From: an uncultured Bacteroidales bacterium
Lineage (GTDB): Bacteria > Bacteroidota > Bacteroidia > Bacteroidales > Bacteroidaceae
Assembly: GCA_902781515.1 (NCBI GenBank)
Contig: CACZJU010000005.1
Location: 28,911-92,910 of the forward strand
Direction: 5' to 3'
Length of the DNA stretch: 64,000 nt
Below the pieces are notes generated by a model, which had not been told where the DNA came from, did not search any database, and was given only the letters and a program-made list of their open reading frames with translations. This document shows, one piece after another, positions 1 to 9,184 of the stretch (positions are counted from its first letter, which is position 1; every line of letters starts with the position of its first letter). The translations under genes and the position numbers were made by a program.

Positions 1-741
1 TTCGTATTTGCTCCACGTGTCGTAGAGACGAACGGCATCGGCAAGGGCATTACCTCTGAGCACAGGACCGTGCAGCGGGGCTATCGTCTGAATGTCGAGA
101 GCAGCAGCTTTCTTCAGCACGTTCTGCACCTGCATACCGTATTTGCCCACGATGTTGAAGTAGTAGCGGCGTGCCTCGCAAGCCCAGTCGGCAGGAGTGC
201 CGTCGGCATTGCGCTCTTCCTTGCAGATGGCTCCGAACTTACCGAATCCGTCGGCTGCGAACAGTGTTTTGGTGCTCTGCTCGTAGCTCATCAGCACCTC
301 TGGCCAGTGCACCATGGGGGCAGCGATGAACTGCAGGGTGTGGCTGCCCAGCGACAGCGTTTCGCCTTCCTTCACCACCTGACAGCGACCTGTGATGTCG
401 GCTTCGGGGAAGAAGTTGGGAACCATCTTCAGGGCTGCAGCCGAGAGGATGATTTTTGCTTCGGGATAGGCCTCGGCAAGAGCTGCGATGTTGGCAGCGT
501 GGTCGGGTTCCATGTGGTGTACGATGAGGTAGTCAACCTTGCGACCTTGAAGGGCTTCAGTGAGGTTCTGCATCCACTCCTGGGACTTACGCTGGTCGGC
601 AGTGTCCATGACTGCCACCTTCTCGTCGAGGATGACCCACGAGTTGTAACTCATGCCCTCAGGCACGTTGTATTGGCTTTCGAAGAGGTCGATGTCCAAA
701 TCATCAACCCCGATGTAAAGAATCTTATCGCTTATCTTCAT
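1..741 (-). CDS. Flavodiiron protein (FprA / A-type flavoprotein), N-terminal metallo-beta-lactamase-like domain. The 3' part lies outside the window.
   Basis: Hand translation of the minus strand from ATG (complement of 739-741): MKISDKILYIGVDDLDIDLFESQYNVPEGMSYNSWVILDEKVAVMDT...VDYLIVHHMEPDHAANIAAL... It contains the H-x-E-x-D-H di-iron ligand motif of flavodiiron proteins. It is absent from the ORF track because it runs off the window. Track ORF 70..891(+) is its antisense shadow. Confidence 0.8.
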   Translation of the reverse strand, partial: MKISDKILYIGVDDLDIDLFESQYNVPEGMSYNSWVILDEKVAVMDTADQRKSQEWMQNLTEALQGRKVDYLIVHHMEPDHAANIAALAEAYPEAKIILSAAALKMVPNFFPEADITGRCQVVKEGETLSLGSHTLQFIAAPMVHWPEVLMSYEQSTKTLFAADGFGKFGAICKEERNADGTPADWACEARRYYFNIVGKYGMQVQNVLKKAAALDIQTIAPLHGPVLRGNALADAVRLYDTWSKYE

Positions 742-785
742 TTATTATCTGTTGTTTATCATTTATTATCTATTATTTCTTTCCG

Positions 786-965
786 TCAAAAGGGCGAAAT
801 CTTTGTGGCTGGAACATCACAAACTCGACCGCCTTGCCATACGATGAAGGAAAGGTCGTCGTGGAGACCGCGGTTCAACAGTCGGCGCTGAGCCGTGAGT
901 ATGCCCTCGTTGATGCGCTGCTGCATGAGCCGTACATCAGGTCTGTTATCCTTCTTGCTGCTCAT
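786..965 (-). CDS. Small hypothetical protein downstream of, and overlapping, the zeta-like kinase gene. Possible partner or antitoxin.
   Basis: The track ORF 786..995 has internal ATGs at 965 (MSSKKDNRPDV...) and 926 (MQQRINEG...). The 965 start overlaps the zeta-like stop (946) by 20 nt. I recognise no motif, so the start choice is uncertain. Confidence 0.3.
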   Translation of the reverse strand: MSSKKDNRPDVRLMQQRINEGILTAQRRLLNRGLHDDLSFIVWQGGRVCDVPATKISPF

Positions 966-1554
966 CTTGCGCCTGGTATTTAGTTTGTAATGCATTGAAT
1001 TTCTCTGCCTCCAGAATGACGGGCTCCTTACCCAGTTCGCCGCTGGCGATGTGCTGAGTGGGGATGTTGGAATTATCGTAGAGTGCCCAGTAATCGACTA
1101 TCGGCATGTAGAGGTTGAAGAGATTGGAAAGTCCGCTCTCGAATCGACGATAGACAACATCGGTGGGGATGTTGTGACCGCCCTGACTCACGCGCTTTGC
1201 CACTCGCTGTACGGCCTGTTCGGGCGTAGAGAGCGAGAAGAAGAGCAGAGTCACAAAGTAACCGCGCTTCTGCGCTTTCTTGATGAGGTTGACATAGGAA
1301 CGCGTGGAGAGAGTCGTTTCGAAAGCGAAAGTCTCGCCCTCCTTCAACAGGTATATCACGCGGTCTATCATCAGTCGGCCTGCCTGTATGGCTACGCCTT
1401 CGGGATGGAATGGCGAAAGGCCTCGGGCTATCTCGTCGGCGTTCACAAACTCGCGACAATCGAGCATCTCAGGAAGCACTGTGAACGAAGCCGTTGTCTT
1501 GCCTGCTCCGTTGCATCCTGCGATGATGTAGAGATTCAGTTTCTTGTCCGGCAT
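946..1554 (-). CDS. Zeta-toxin-like P-loop kinase (COG4185-type ATPase)
   Basis: 202 aa starting at ATG 1554. Walker A is IIAGCNGAGKTT. NADEIARGL...FAFETTLS and a Walker-B-like VTLLFF fit the zeta toxin / UNAG-kinase-like fold pattern. Confidence 0.65.
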   Translation of the reverse strand: MPDKKLNLYIIAGCNGAGKTTASFTVLPEMLDCREFVNADEIARGLSPFHPEGVAIQAGRLMIDRVIYLLKEGETFAFETTLSTRSYVNLIKKAQKRGYFVTLLFFSLSTPEQAVQRVAKRVSQGGHNIPTDVVYRRFESGLSNLFNLYMPIVDYWALYDNSNIPTQHIASGELGKEPVILEAEKFNALQTKYQAQDEQQEG

Positions 1555-1587
1555 ATTTATAAATTATCAATTATCCATTATAAATTA

Positions 1588-2265
1588 TCAATTCTTAAGC
1601 AGGTCTGGTCTTAGGCGCTTGGTGCGTTCGAGGCTTTGCGCCAGTTCCCATTCCTTGATGTTTGCTTCGTGACCGCTGAGCAGCACCTCTGGCACCTTCC
1701 AGCCCTTGTATTCAGCAGGACGGGTATAGACGGGAGCTGCAAGCAGATTGTCCTGGAACGAGTCGCTGAGGGCACTCTGCTCGTCGCCGATGGCACCTGG
1801 CAGGATGCGCACTATGGCGTCTGCCATCACTGCTGCCGCCAGTTCTCCTCCTGTGAGCACATAGTCGCCGATGGATACCTCCTTCGTTATCAGATGTTCA
1901 CGGATTCGGTAATCGATGCCCTTATAGTGTCCACAAAGGATGATGAGGTTCTCCTTGAGGCTCAGTTCGTTTGCCATAGGCTGCGAGAACTGCTCGCCGT
2001 CGGGTGTGGTGAAGATAATTTCGTCGTAGTGACGCTCGCTCATCAGTTTTGAGATGCAACGGTCGATGGGTTCGCATTGCATCACCATTCCCGCAAAGCC
2101 TCCGAATGGATAGTCGTCCACACGCTTCCATTTGTTGGTGGAGTAGTCGCGAAGGTTGTGGAGGTGAATTTCCACCAGTCCCTTTCGTTGTGCACGGCCA
2201 AGAATGCTCTCGTTGAGGAATCCCTCAATGAGTTCTGGCAGTACGGTGATGATGTCTATGCGCAT
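1588..2265 (-). CDS. trmD: tRNA (guanine37-N1)-methyltransferase
   Basis: [26 protein letters not shown]...DDYPFGG..GMVM...[13 protein letters not shown]...[14 protein letters not shown] is the classic TrmD pattern. I chose ATG 2265 rather than the track's TTG 2289, because a TAtcTTTG box sits at 2287-2294. Confidence 0.93.
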   Translation of the reverse strand: MRIDIITVLPELIEGFLNESILGRAQRKGLVEIHLHNLRDYSTNKWKRVDDYPFGGFAGMVMQCEPIDRCISKLMSERHYDEIIFTTPDGEQFSQPMANELSLKENLIILCGHYKGIDYRIREHLITKEVSIGDYVLTGGELAAAVMADAIVRILPGAIGDEQSALSDSFQDNLLAAPVYTRPAEYKGWKVPEVLLSGHEANIKEWELAQSLERTKRLRPDLLKN

Positions 2266-2286
2266 GATTCTTCTTATTATCGGGGA

Positions 2287-2294
2287 CAAAGATA
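2287..2294 (-). promoter_or_regulatory. Bacteroidota -7 promoter box (TAtcTTTG) for trmD
   Basis: Plus-strand caaagata at 2287-2294 is TATCTTTG on the minus strand, 21 nt upstream of the trmD ATG. Confidence 0.5.
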
Positions 2295-2296
2295 CA

Positions 2297-2333
2297 AAAA
2301 AGCGGAAACCCCTGCAAGGACTTCCGCTTTTTT
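2297..2333 (-). terminator. Rho-independent terminator after htpG
   Basis: Stem agcggaa (2301-2307) pairs with ttccgct (2322-2328). It is flanked by an A-run and a T-run. On the minus strand the hairpin is followed by TTTTTT. Confidence 0.65.
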
Positions 2334-2352
2334 ATATGATAGATGTGGATGG

Positions 2353-4407
2353 TTACTTGATGAAATCCACGCTGCGACGTACGAACTTGGTGAGGGCTTC
2401 ACCACGAAGCATACCGTTCTGCAGGAGGGCGAGGTCGATGAGCTGGTGCACGCGCTCGCTGTCCTTGCCATAGGCTGCCAGAATCTCGTTCTTCTGGTCG
2501 CGCTGGGCTTGGATGTCGTCGCCCACCTTCTTCATCTCGTCCTTCTCCTCTTGTGTCAGTTCGTCGTACTTCTTCTTGTCCTGTTCCTGACGCATCACGC
2601 TCTGACGTGCGGTAAGGCCCTTGATTTCAGCCTCGATGGGACGAATCTTCTCCAGTGTCTCTGCCTCGCTGTCCTCAAGAACTTGCTTGATGAGCGGCGC
2701 ATCGGTGTTGAGCACCAGAGTGTACATGTCGGGCATTTCGCCGTAGAAGTTCATGCCGGGCTGTATGCGAGCCATCTCCTTCATGCGGCGCATGTATTCG
2801 CTTTGTGTCAGCATCACTGGCAGTGCATCCTCGCCAAGAGCCTGTGTCTCCACGTGGAAATCGAGCTTGTCGGTGCGAGGCATCTGGCTGCGGAATACCT
2901 CGCTGAGACGGTCGCCACGTTCTGCTTCCAGCACTTCGCGCTTCGTGTCTTCCTTCTGAATCAGACGGTCAATAACATCTGCATCCACACGAGTGAACGT
3001 AGATTTCTCCAGTTTGCGCTCGAGCATAGAAACCAGCGGAGTGTCGAGCTGACCGTCCATCAAGAGCACGTTGTAACCCTTGTCCTTTGCCGCCTGAATG
3101 TAGGTGTACTGACTCTCTGGATCTTGTGCATAGAGATATACAAGCTGACCGTCTTTGTTGGTTTGATTGTCTTTTATAAGTGTCTGATACTCATCGAGTG
3201 TGTAGTATTTGTTATCTACATCCTTTAAGAGGGCGTATGCCTTTGCCTTGTCGTAGAAATCGTCCTGCGAAAGCATTCCGTAGTGGATGAAAATCTTGAT
3301 GTCGTCCCACTTCTTTTCGAAGTCGGGGCGGTCGGTCTTGAAGATACTAGCCAGACGGTCGCTGACCTTCTTCGTGATGTAACCGGAAATCTTCTTCACG
3401 TTCTGGTCGCTCTGCAAATACGAGCGGCTGACGTTCAAAGGAATGTCGGGTGAATCGATGACACCATGCAGCAGCATAAGGAACTCTGGCACGATGCCCT
3501 CTACGTTGTCCGTCACGAATACTTGGTTGCAATAGAGCTGAATCTTGTTGCGCTGCAGGTCGAGGTTGTTCTTAATCTTCGGGAAGTAGAGGATACCTGT
3601 GAGGTTGAATGGATAATCTACATTCAGGTGAATCCAGAACAGGGGTTCGTCGCTCATGGGATAGAGCTTGCGGTAGAACTCCTTATAGTCCTCGTCCTTC
3701 AGGTCGGCGGGCTTCTTTGTCCACAATGGCTCGGTGTCGTTGATGACATTGTCCTCGTCGGTGTCCTGCTGTTTGCCGTCCTTCCACTCGGTCTTCTTGC
3801 CGAACACTACGGGAATGGGCAGGAAGTGGCAGTACTTGGAGAGCAAGCCCTGCATCTTTTCCTTTTCGAGGAAATCCTTGCAGTCGTCGTCGATGTGCAT
3901 CACGATGTCCGTTCCGCGGTCGGCTTTCTCTGTTTCTTCGAGCGTGAACTCAGGACTGCCGTCGCAGCTCCATTTCTGTGCTGCAGCACCTTCCTGATAG
4001 CTCTTCGTGATGATGTCAACACGCTTGCTGACCATGAACGATGAGTAGAAACCAAGACCGAAGTGTCCGATGATGGCGTTGGCATCGTCCTTGTACTTGT
4101 CGAGGAAGTCGTTGGCACCTGAGAATGCAATCTGGTTGATGTACTTGTCGATTTCCTCAGCGGTCATACCGATACCGCGGTCGCTAACTGTAATTGTTCC
4201 TGCCTCTTTGTCGATAGAGACAGTTACCTTCAGCTCGCCAAGTTCACCCTTGAAGTCGCCTTTGCCTGCTAGAGTCTTCAGCTTCTGTGTGGCATCAACG
4301 GCATTACTTACTATCTCGCGGATGAATATCTCGTGGTCGCTGTAGAGAAACTTTTTGATGACGGGGAAGATGTTCTCTGTGGTAACCCCGATGTTTCCTT
4401 TTTTCAT
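2353..4407 (-). CDS. htpG: Molecular chaperone HtpG (Hsp90)
   Basis: 684 aa. The N-terminal GHKL ATPase motifs are EIFIREIVSNAVDA, DRGIGMT and GHFGLGFYS. Length and order are typical of HtpG. Confidence 0.95.
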   Translation of the reverse strand: MKKGNIGVTTENIFPVIKKFLYSDHEIFIREIVSNAVDATQKLKTLAGKGDFKGELGELKVTVSIDKEAGTITVSDRGIGMTAEEIDKYINQIAFSGANDFLDKYKDDANAIIGHFGLGFYSSFMVSKRVDIITKSYQEGAAAQKWSCDGSPEFTLEETEKADRGTDIVMHIDDDCKDFLEKEKMQGLLSKYCHFLPIPVVFGKKTEWKDGKQQDTDEDNVINDTEPLWTKKPADLKDEDYKEFYRKLYPMSDEPLFWIHLNVDYPFNLTGILYFPKIKNNLDLQRNKIQLYCNQVFVTDNVEGIVPEFLMLLHGVIDSPDIPLNVSRSYLQSDQNVKKISGYITKKVSDRLASIFKTDRPDFEKKWDDIKIFIHYGMLSQDDFYDKAKAYALLKDVDNKYYTLDEYQTLIKDNQTNKDGQLVYLYAQDPESQYTYIQAAKDKGYNVLLMDGQLDTPLVSMLERKLEKSTFTRVDADVIDRLIQKEDTKREVLEAERGDRLSEVFRSQMPRTDKLDFHVETQALGEDALPVMLTQSEYMRRMKEMARIQPGMNFYGEMPDMYTLVLNTDAPLIKQVLEDSEAETLEKIRPIEAEIKGLTARQSVMRQEQDKKKYDELTQEEKDEMKKVGDDIQAQRDQKNEILAAYGKDSERVHQLIDLALLQNGMLRGEALTKFVRRSVDFIK

Positions 4408-6953
4408 AGTTTTACAATCTTTATATTTTCTTTGTTCTCTGCATCTACCTCCGCCCGTAGGTTCATCTTAGGACTTTCACCCTTCCCTTCGGGAGGGGAC
4501 GGGGGTAGGCTTATCAGAAGCTCGCAAATGGGGTCTTCGAGCAATGTCTGCAAAGCGCGCTTCAAGGGGCGTGCTCCATATTGCACATCGTAACCCTTCT
4601 TTGCCAGCAGAGCCTTTGCCTCGTCTGTGATTTCCAGCGTGTAGCCCATCTCTGCGATTCGTTTTACCAAAGGCTTGGCTTCGATATCCACTATCTGTTT
4701 GATGCTTTCCTCTGTGAGCTGGTCAAAATAGATGATGTTGTCCAGACGGTTGAGGAACTCAGGTGCAAACAGTTTTGTGATGCTCTTCTTGATGACACTG
4801 CGTGATTGTTCCTTATCGCGACTGATATCCGTTGATTTGTTGAAACCGATGCCCTGACCGAAGTCCTTGAGCTGACGGGTTCCAGCATTCGAGGTCATGA
4901 TGATGACGGTATTGCGGAAGTCGATGGTGGCTCCGTTGCCGTCTGTCAGTCGTCCTTCGTCCATCACCTGCAGCAGGATGTTGAATACGTCCTGATGGGC
5001 TTTCTCTATCTCGTCTAGCAATACGATGGAGTAGGGCTGACGGCGTACGCGCTCTGTCAGTTGTCCGCCTTCCTCATAACCCACATAGCCCGGAGGTGCT
5101 CCCACCATACGGCTTACGGTATGTTTCTCGCCGTACTCAGACATATCGATGCGTATGAGATTCTTCTCGCTGCCGAAAAGTTCTTCGGCAAGTTTCTTCG
5201 TCAGGTAGGTCTTGCCTACACCTGTTGGACCTACGAACATGAATGTGCCGATGGGCTTCTGTGGGTCTTTAAGACCAAGACGACTGCGCTGAATGGCTCT
5301 CACCACTTTCTGTATGGCTTCGTCCTGTCCAACGACTTCTTGCTGCAGCGTTTCTGCCATTGTGCGCAGGCGCTGACTTTCTTCGCCTCCGATGCGTTGA
5401 ACGGGTATTCCCGTCATCATCGATACCACGTTGGCAATCTGCTCTTCATCGATGGTCACAGGGTCTTCCTTGAGCTGCTGTTCCCATTCCTGTCGCTTCT
5501 GTTCGAGTGCTCTGGCTGCAACCTTCTGCTGGTCGCGATATTCGCTTGCCTGCTGATAGTTCTCGTTTTTGACAGCTTCCTGCTTCTTAGTTTCCAGTTC
5601 CTGCACTTGCATCTCCAACGATAATATCTCGTCGGAAACAGGTATGTTCATGATGTGTGCACGGCTTCCGGCCTCATCCATTGCGTCTATGGCTTTGTCG
5701 GGGAAGGACCTTTCGCTCATGTAGCGTTCTGTCAGTCGTACGCAAGCCTCCAATGCTTCTTGTGTGTATTTCACATTGTGATGCTCCTCGTAACGGTCCT
5801 TGAGGTTCTGCAGTATCTGTATTGTCTCATCTATGGTAGTGGGCTTAACCATTACCTTCTGGAAACGACGCTCAAGAGCTCCGTCCTTTTCAATCGACTT
5901 GCGGTATTCGTCGATGGTGGTGGCTCCGATACATTGTATCTCGCCTCGCGACAATGCTGGCTTCAGCATATTTGCAGCGTCCATCGTTCCTGCTGCGGAA
6001 CCTGCTCCGATGAGGGTATGAATTTCATCGATGAAGATGATTACTTCAGGATGTTTCTTCAATTCCTTTTCTATTGCACGCATGCGCTCTTCGAACTGTC
6101 CGCGATACTTCGTTCCTGCCACTACGGCTCCAAGGTCGAGCACAATTACCCGCTTGTCCCAGAGAGCACGACTTATGCGGCGACTTACGATGCGCTGTGC
6201 CAAGCCTTCCACTATGGCACTCTTTCCAACACCGGGTTCACCAATAAGTATGGGATTGTTCTTCTTGCGGCGCGACAGAATCTGTGCAACACGCTCAATT
6301 TCAACCTCACGTCCCACAACAGGGTCTAAGAGGTTCTTGGCAGCAGCTTGTGTCAGGTCTGTACCAAACTTATCAAGCACAGGGGTGTCTGTTTCCGACT
6401 TTTCCTGCTGTGCCGTTTCAGCACCTGCGAATGACATATCGTCGTCATCATCGTCGTCATCTTCCCCTTCTTCATAATGGTATCCGTTTTCCATTGGGGC
6501 GGAGTGGGAAGCTGTATCGATGTTGAGTGCTTGTGTCAGACGGTTGTATGTAACGTGTTGCTGGCCAAGCGATTCCGATGCCGGGTTGTTGTCTTCGCGC
6601 AGCAGAGCCATCAGCAGATGTATGACATCGATGGTTTCGCTACGTGTGACCATTGATTCAAGCACCGACAGGCGCATGATGCGGCTTGCAGAATCATCCA
6701 TCGGCATATCGTCGGCATCGAACGGCTGGTCTGTGCTGTATTGCTGTGCGGCGTTTTCCAATTGATGACGGAGTATGGTGAAATCGACATTGAGATTCGT
6801 CAGTACATCGATAGCAGGGTTTCGCTTGTGACGAATCATACCCAGCATAATGTGGGTAGGTGTCACTTTGTCATTATGCAGGCGCACTGCCTCTTGGCGG
6901 CTGAGTGTGAGTACTTCGGTCACTTCAGGCGAGAATCGTTTGCTTATCATCAT
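4404..6953 (-). CDS. clpC: ClpC-type AAA+ chaperone / Clp protease ATP-binding subunit
   Basis: 849 aa with N-terminal Clp_N repeats. There are two Walker A motifs ([16 protein letters not shown]), a short UVR-like middle motif ([14 protein letters not shown]) and a ClpP-docking-like loop GQGIGF. The stop overlaps the htpG start (ATGA at 4404-4407). Confidence 0.85.
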   Translation of the reverse strand: MMISKRFSPEVTEVLTLSRQEAVRLHNDKVTPTHIMLGMIRHKRNPAIDVLTNLNVDFTILRHQLENAAQQYSTDQPFDADDMPMDDSASRIMRLSVLESMVTRSETIDVIHLLMALLREDNNPASESLGQQHVTYNRLTQALNIDTASHSAPMENGYHYEEGEDDDDDDDDMSFAGAETAQQEKSETDTPVLDKFGTDLTQAAAKNLLDPVVGREVEIERVAQILSRRKKNNPILIGEPGVGKSAIVEGLAQRIVSRRISRALWDKRVIVLDLGAVVAGTKYRGQFEERMRAIEKELKKHPEVIIFIDEIHTLIGAGSAAGTMDAANMLKPALSRGEIQCIGATTIDEYRKSIEKDGALERRFQKVMVKPTTIDETIQILQNLKDRYEEHHNVKYTQEALEACVRLTERYMSERSFPDKAIDAMDEAGSRAHIMNIPVSDEILSLEMQVQELETKKQEAVKNENYQQASEYRDQQKVAARALEQKRQEWEQQLKEDPVTIDEEQIANVVSMMTGIPVQRIGGEESQRLRTMAETLQQEVVGQDEAIQKVVRAIQRSRLGLKDPQKPIGTFMFVGPTGVGKTYLTKKLAEELFGSEKNLIRIDMSEYGEKHTVSRMVGAPPGYVGYEEGGQLTERVRRQPYSIVLLDEIEKAHQDVFNILLQVMDEGRLTDGNGATIDFRNTVIIMTSNAGTRQLKDFGQGIGFNKSTDISRDKEQSRSVIKKSITKLFAPEFLNRLDNIIYFDQLTEESIKQIVDIEAKPLVKRIAEMGYTLEITDEAKALLAKKGYDVQYGARPLKRALQTLLEDPICELLISLPPSPPEGKGESPKMNLRAEVDAENKENIKIVKL

Positions 6954-7061
6954 ATCGTGTTGTCCTTTCTTTCTAATGTTTCGGCGTAATCTAAAAAACA
7001 GCAGAACAAAGGTCGTGCCAATCTTGCAACTGACACAATCTATTTTTGCAAACAGGTGGAT

Positions 7062-8876
7062 TTAATGACGGTCCCAGAAGAAATACTGACGTTGGCGTTG
7101 CTTTTCTTCAGGCGTTTTGGCAGAGAAAACTTTCTCTAAAGTGTAGGGGTGATAACCTGTAGCCCAAGTCTCGGTGCTAACGGTCATTGGCGTAGGTGTG
7201 AAGTCCTGCACCTGTTCGAGGTGAAAACCAAGTGGGCGCACCTGTTCTGCCAAGTGTGCCATATCCTGTTCGCGACAGCCTGGATGACTGCTGATGAAAT
7301 AGGGAATAATCTGCTGACGGAGTCCTGCTCGCTGACAGGTGCGGTCGAATATGGCCTTGAACTGGTGGAATTGGCTGAACGAGGGTTTGCGCATCAACTT
7401 AAGTACATGGTCTTCAGTATGTTCTGGTGCCACCTTCAGGCGTCCGCTAACGTGCTTCGTGATTAGCTCCTGAGTATATTCGCGTGCAGCTTTGTTCAGT
7501 CGTTCGTCCTTCCAATCGTGAAGCAGGAGGTCGTAGCGAACACCACTTCCTATGAAACTTTTCTTCACTCCTGGCAGACGGTCAACTGCACGATAAATCT
7601 CCAGCAAAGCCGTATGGTCGCCGTTGAGGTTGTTGCAGATGTTGGGATGGATGCATGACGGGCGTTTGCACTTCTCGCAAATGCTCTGGTCCTTGCCCCT
7701 CATGTTGTACATGTTAGCAGAAGGACCGCCAAGGTCGCTGATGTAGCCTCGGAAGTCGGGCATCTTTGTCACTTGTTCCACTTCGCGCAAGATGCTTTCC
7801 TTCGAACGGTTCAGTATGAACTTCCCCTGATGGGCAGAAATAGTACAGAAGGCACATCCTCCGAAGCATCCGCGATGAAGACAAACCGAATGACGAATCA
7901 TGTCGTAAGCAGGAATGCGCTTGCCTTTGTACTTCGGATGCGGCATTCGGGTGTATGGAAGGTCGAACGAGTGGTCGAGTTGTTCGGTAGTCATTGGAGG
8001 GTAGGGTGGAGTCACTACTAACCATTGTCCTTCAGCCTGTTGCACGAGTGTCTGAGCGTGCATCTTATTGCTTTCTTCCTCAATGTGACGGAAGTTCTCA
8101 GCTTGTTTCTTGCCGTCCTTCAAGCATTCTTCGTGGGAATGGAGCATGATAGAATCACGCTGTGCAGAACGGGGTAAAGTATTGTATGCAGCAACTGTCT
8201 GCAGCAATTGGTTATCGCCTGTGAGAGCCTTGTGAAAAGCCTCTCTGCCGATGCAGGCTTCACCCTCTTCGTCGTAGGATAGCAACGGGTCATAGTCCTC
8301 AATCATCGATGTCAGCCGATGCGAAATCTCAATCGTGGGCAATTCGCCCATTCCATAAACTATGAGGTCTGCGCCCGATGGCAGTAAAATGCTGGGAAGG
8401 AAACGTTCCTGCCAATAGTCGTAGTGAGTGAGTCGGCGCAGACTTGCCTCAATACCTCCCAGCACTATTGGTACATCAGGATAAAGTTCGCGCAGAATCT
8501 TGCTATAGACGATAGTGGGATATTCCGGACGCATATCGTGACGACCGTCGGGCGAGTAGGCGTCCTCACTGCGAAGACGACGCGCTGCGGTGTATTTGTT
8601 CACCATCGAATCCATACACCCTGGAGCAATACCGAACCATAGGCGCGGACGACCCAAACGTCGGAAATCGCGATAGTCGCCGTGCCAGTCGGGTTGTGGA
8701 ACAATGGCTACGCGCAAGCCTTCAGCCTCCAGCAATCGACCGATTACAGCCACGCCGAATGAAGGATGGTCAACATAGGCATCGCCCGAGAACAGAATGA
8801 CATCTGCTCGGTCCCACCCACGCATCTCCATCTCGCGACGGGTTGTAGGCAACCATGCTTCCGGGCTCAGGGTCAC
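7062..8876 (-). CDS. ygiQ: YgiQ-family radical SAM protein (UPF0313)
   Basis: WLPTTRREMEMRGWDRADVILFSGDAYVDHPSFG is the typical YgiQ N-terminus, and the CX3CX2C cluster is CFGGCAFC. I prefer GTG at 8876: it is in frame and forms a GTGA overlap with the stop of the upstream 100-aa ORF. The track start at 8972 would overlap that ORF by 100 nt. Confidence 0.85.
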   Translation of the reverse strand: MTLSPEAWLPTTRREMEMRGWDRADVILFSGDAYVDHPSFGVAVIGRLLEAEGLRVAIVPQPDWHGDYRDFRRLGRPRLWFGIAPGCMDSMVNKYTAARRLRSEDAYSPDGRHDMRPEYPTIVYSKILRELYPDVPIVLGGIEASLRRLTHYDYWQERFLPSILLPSGADLIVYGMGELPTIEISHRLTSMIEDYDPLLSYDEEGEACIGREAFHKALTGDNQLLQTVAAYNTLPRSAQRDSIMLHSHEECLKDGKKQAENFRHIEEESNKMHAQTLVQQAEGQWLVVTPPYPPMTTEQLDHSFDLPYTRMPHPKYKGKRIPAYDMIRHSVCLHRGCFGGCAFCTISAHQGKFILNRSKESILREVEQVTKMPDFRGYISDLGGPSANMYNMRGKDQSICEKCKRPSCIHPNICNNLNGDHTALLEIYRAVDRLPGVKKSFIGSGVRYDLLLHDWKDERLNKAAREYTQELITKHVSGRLKVAPEHTEDHVLKLMRKPSFSQFHQFKAIFDRTCQRAGLRQQIIPYFISSHPGCREQDMAHLAEQVRPLGFHLEQVQDFTPTPMTVSTETWATGYHPYTLEKVFSAKTPEEKQRQRQYFFWDRH

Positions 8877-9175
8877 TCTTGTGTTTCCGTTTGTGTGTGA
8901 CTGATAAACAGCAATATGAGTTGGTGAAGACCGAATGCCTTCATGTTGTTGTGGAACAGCACCTGTTGGCAAAGAGCCAGCAAGTCGGTGTCGTCACTAT
9001 GGTGCTGAAGGAGTGAACGTGCGTTGAGTCGCAGTTTCTCCAATACCGTCTCGTCAACTATGCCGTTGCTGTCCAGCAAGTCGGCAAGCAGGGCATAGCG
9101 CTGCAGTGTTGACAAGTGTTCGGGTGTGACATCTATGAAACGTGAACCTTTCTCGTTTGCTTGAATTTGAAACAT
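8873..9175 (-). CDS. Hypothetical 100-aa protein
   Basis: ATG at 9175, 9 nt after the upstream gene's stop, and coupled to ygiQ by GTGA. No motif recognised. Confidence 0.45.
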   Translation of the reverse strand: MFQIQANEKGSRFIDVTPEHLSTLQRYALLADLLDSNGIVDETVLEKLRLNARSLLQHHSDDTDLLALCQQVLFHNNMKAFGLHQLILLFISHTQTETQE

Positions 9176-9184
9176 ATCTTGTGG

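Noticed and set aside
70-891. 273-aa ORF on the plus strand at the window start
   Set aside because: It is the antisense shadow of the flavodiiron gene. The minus-strand translation has clear family motifs (HHMEPDH). The plus-strand product is low-information, with no motif.
2077-3228. 383-aa plus-strand ORF, and similar ORFs at 3466-4044 and 5655-6329
   Set aside because: They lie entirely antisense within htpG/clpC, which are unambiguous. The Leu/Val/His-rich composition is typical of shadow ORFs.
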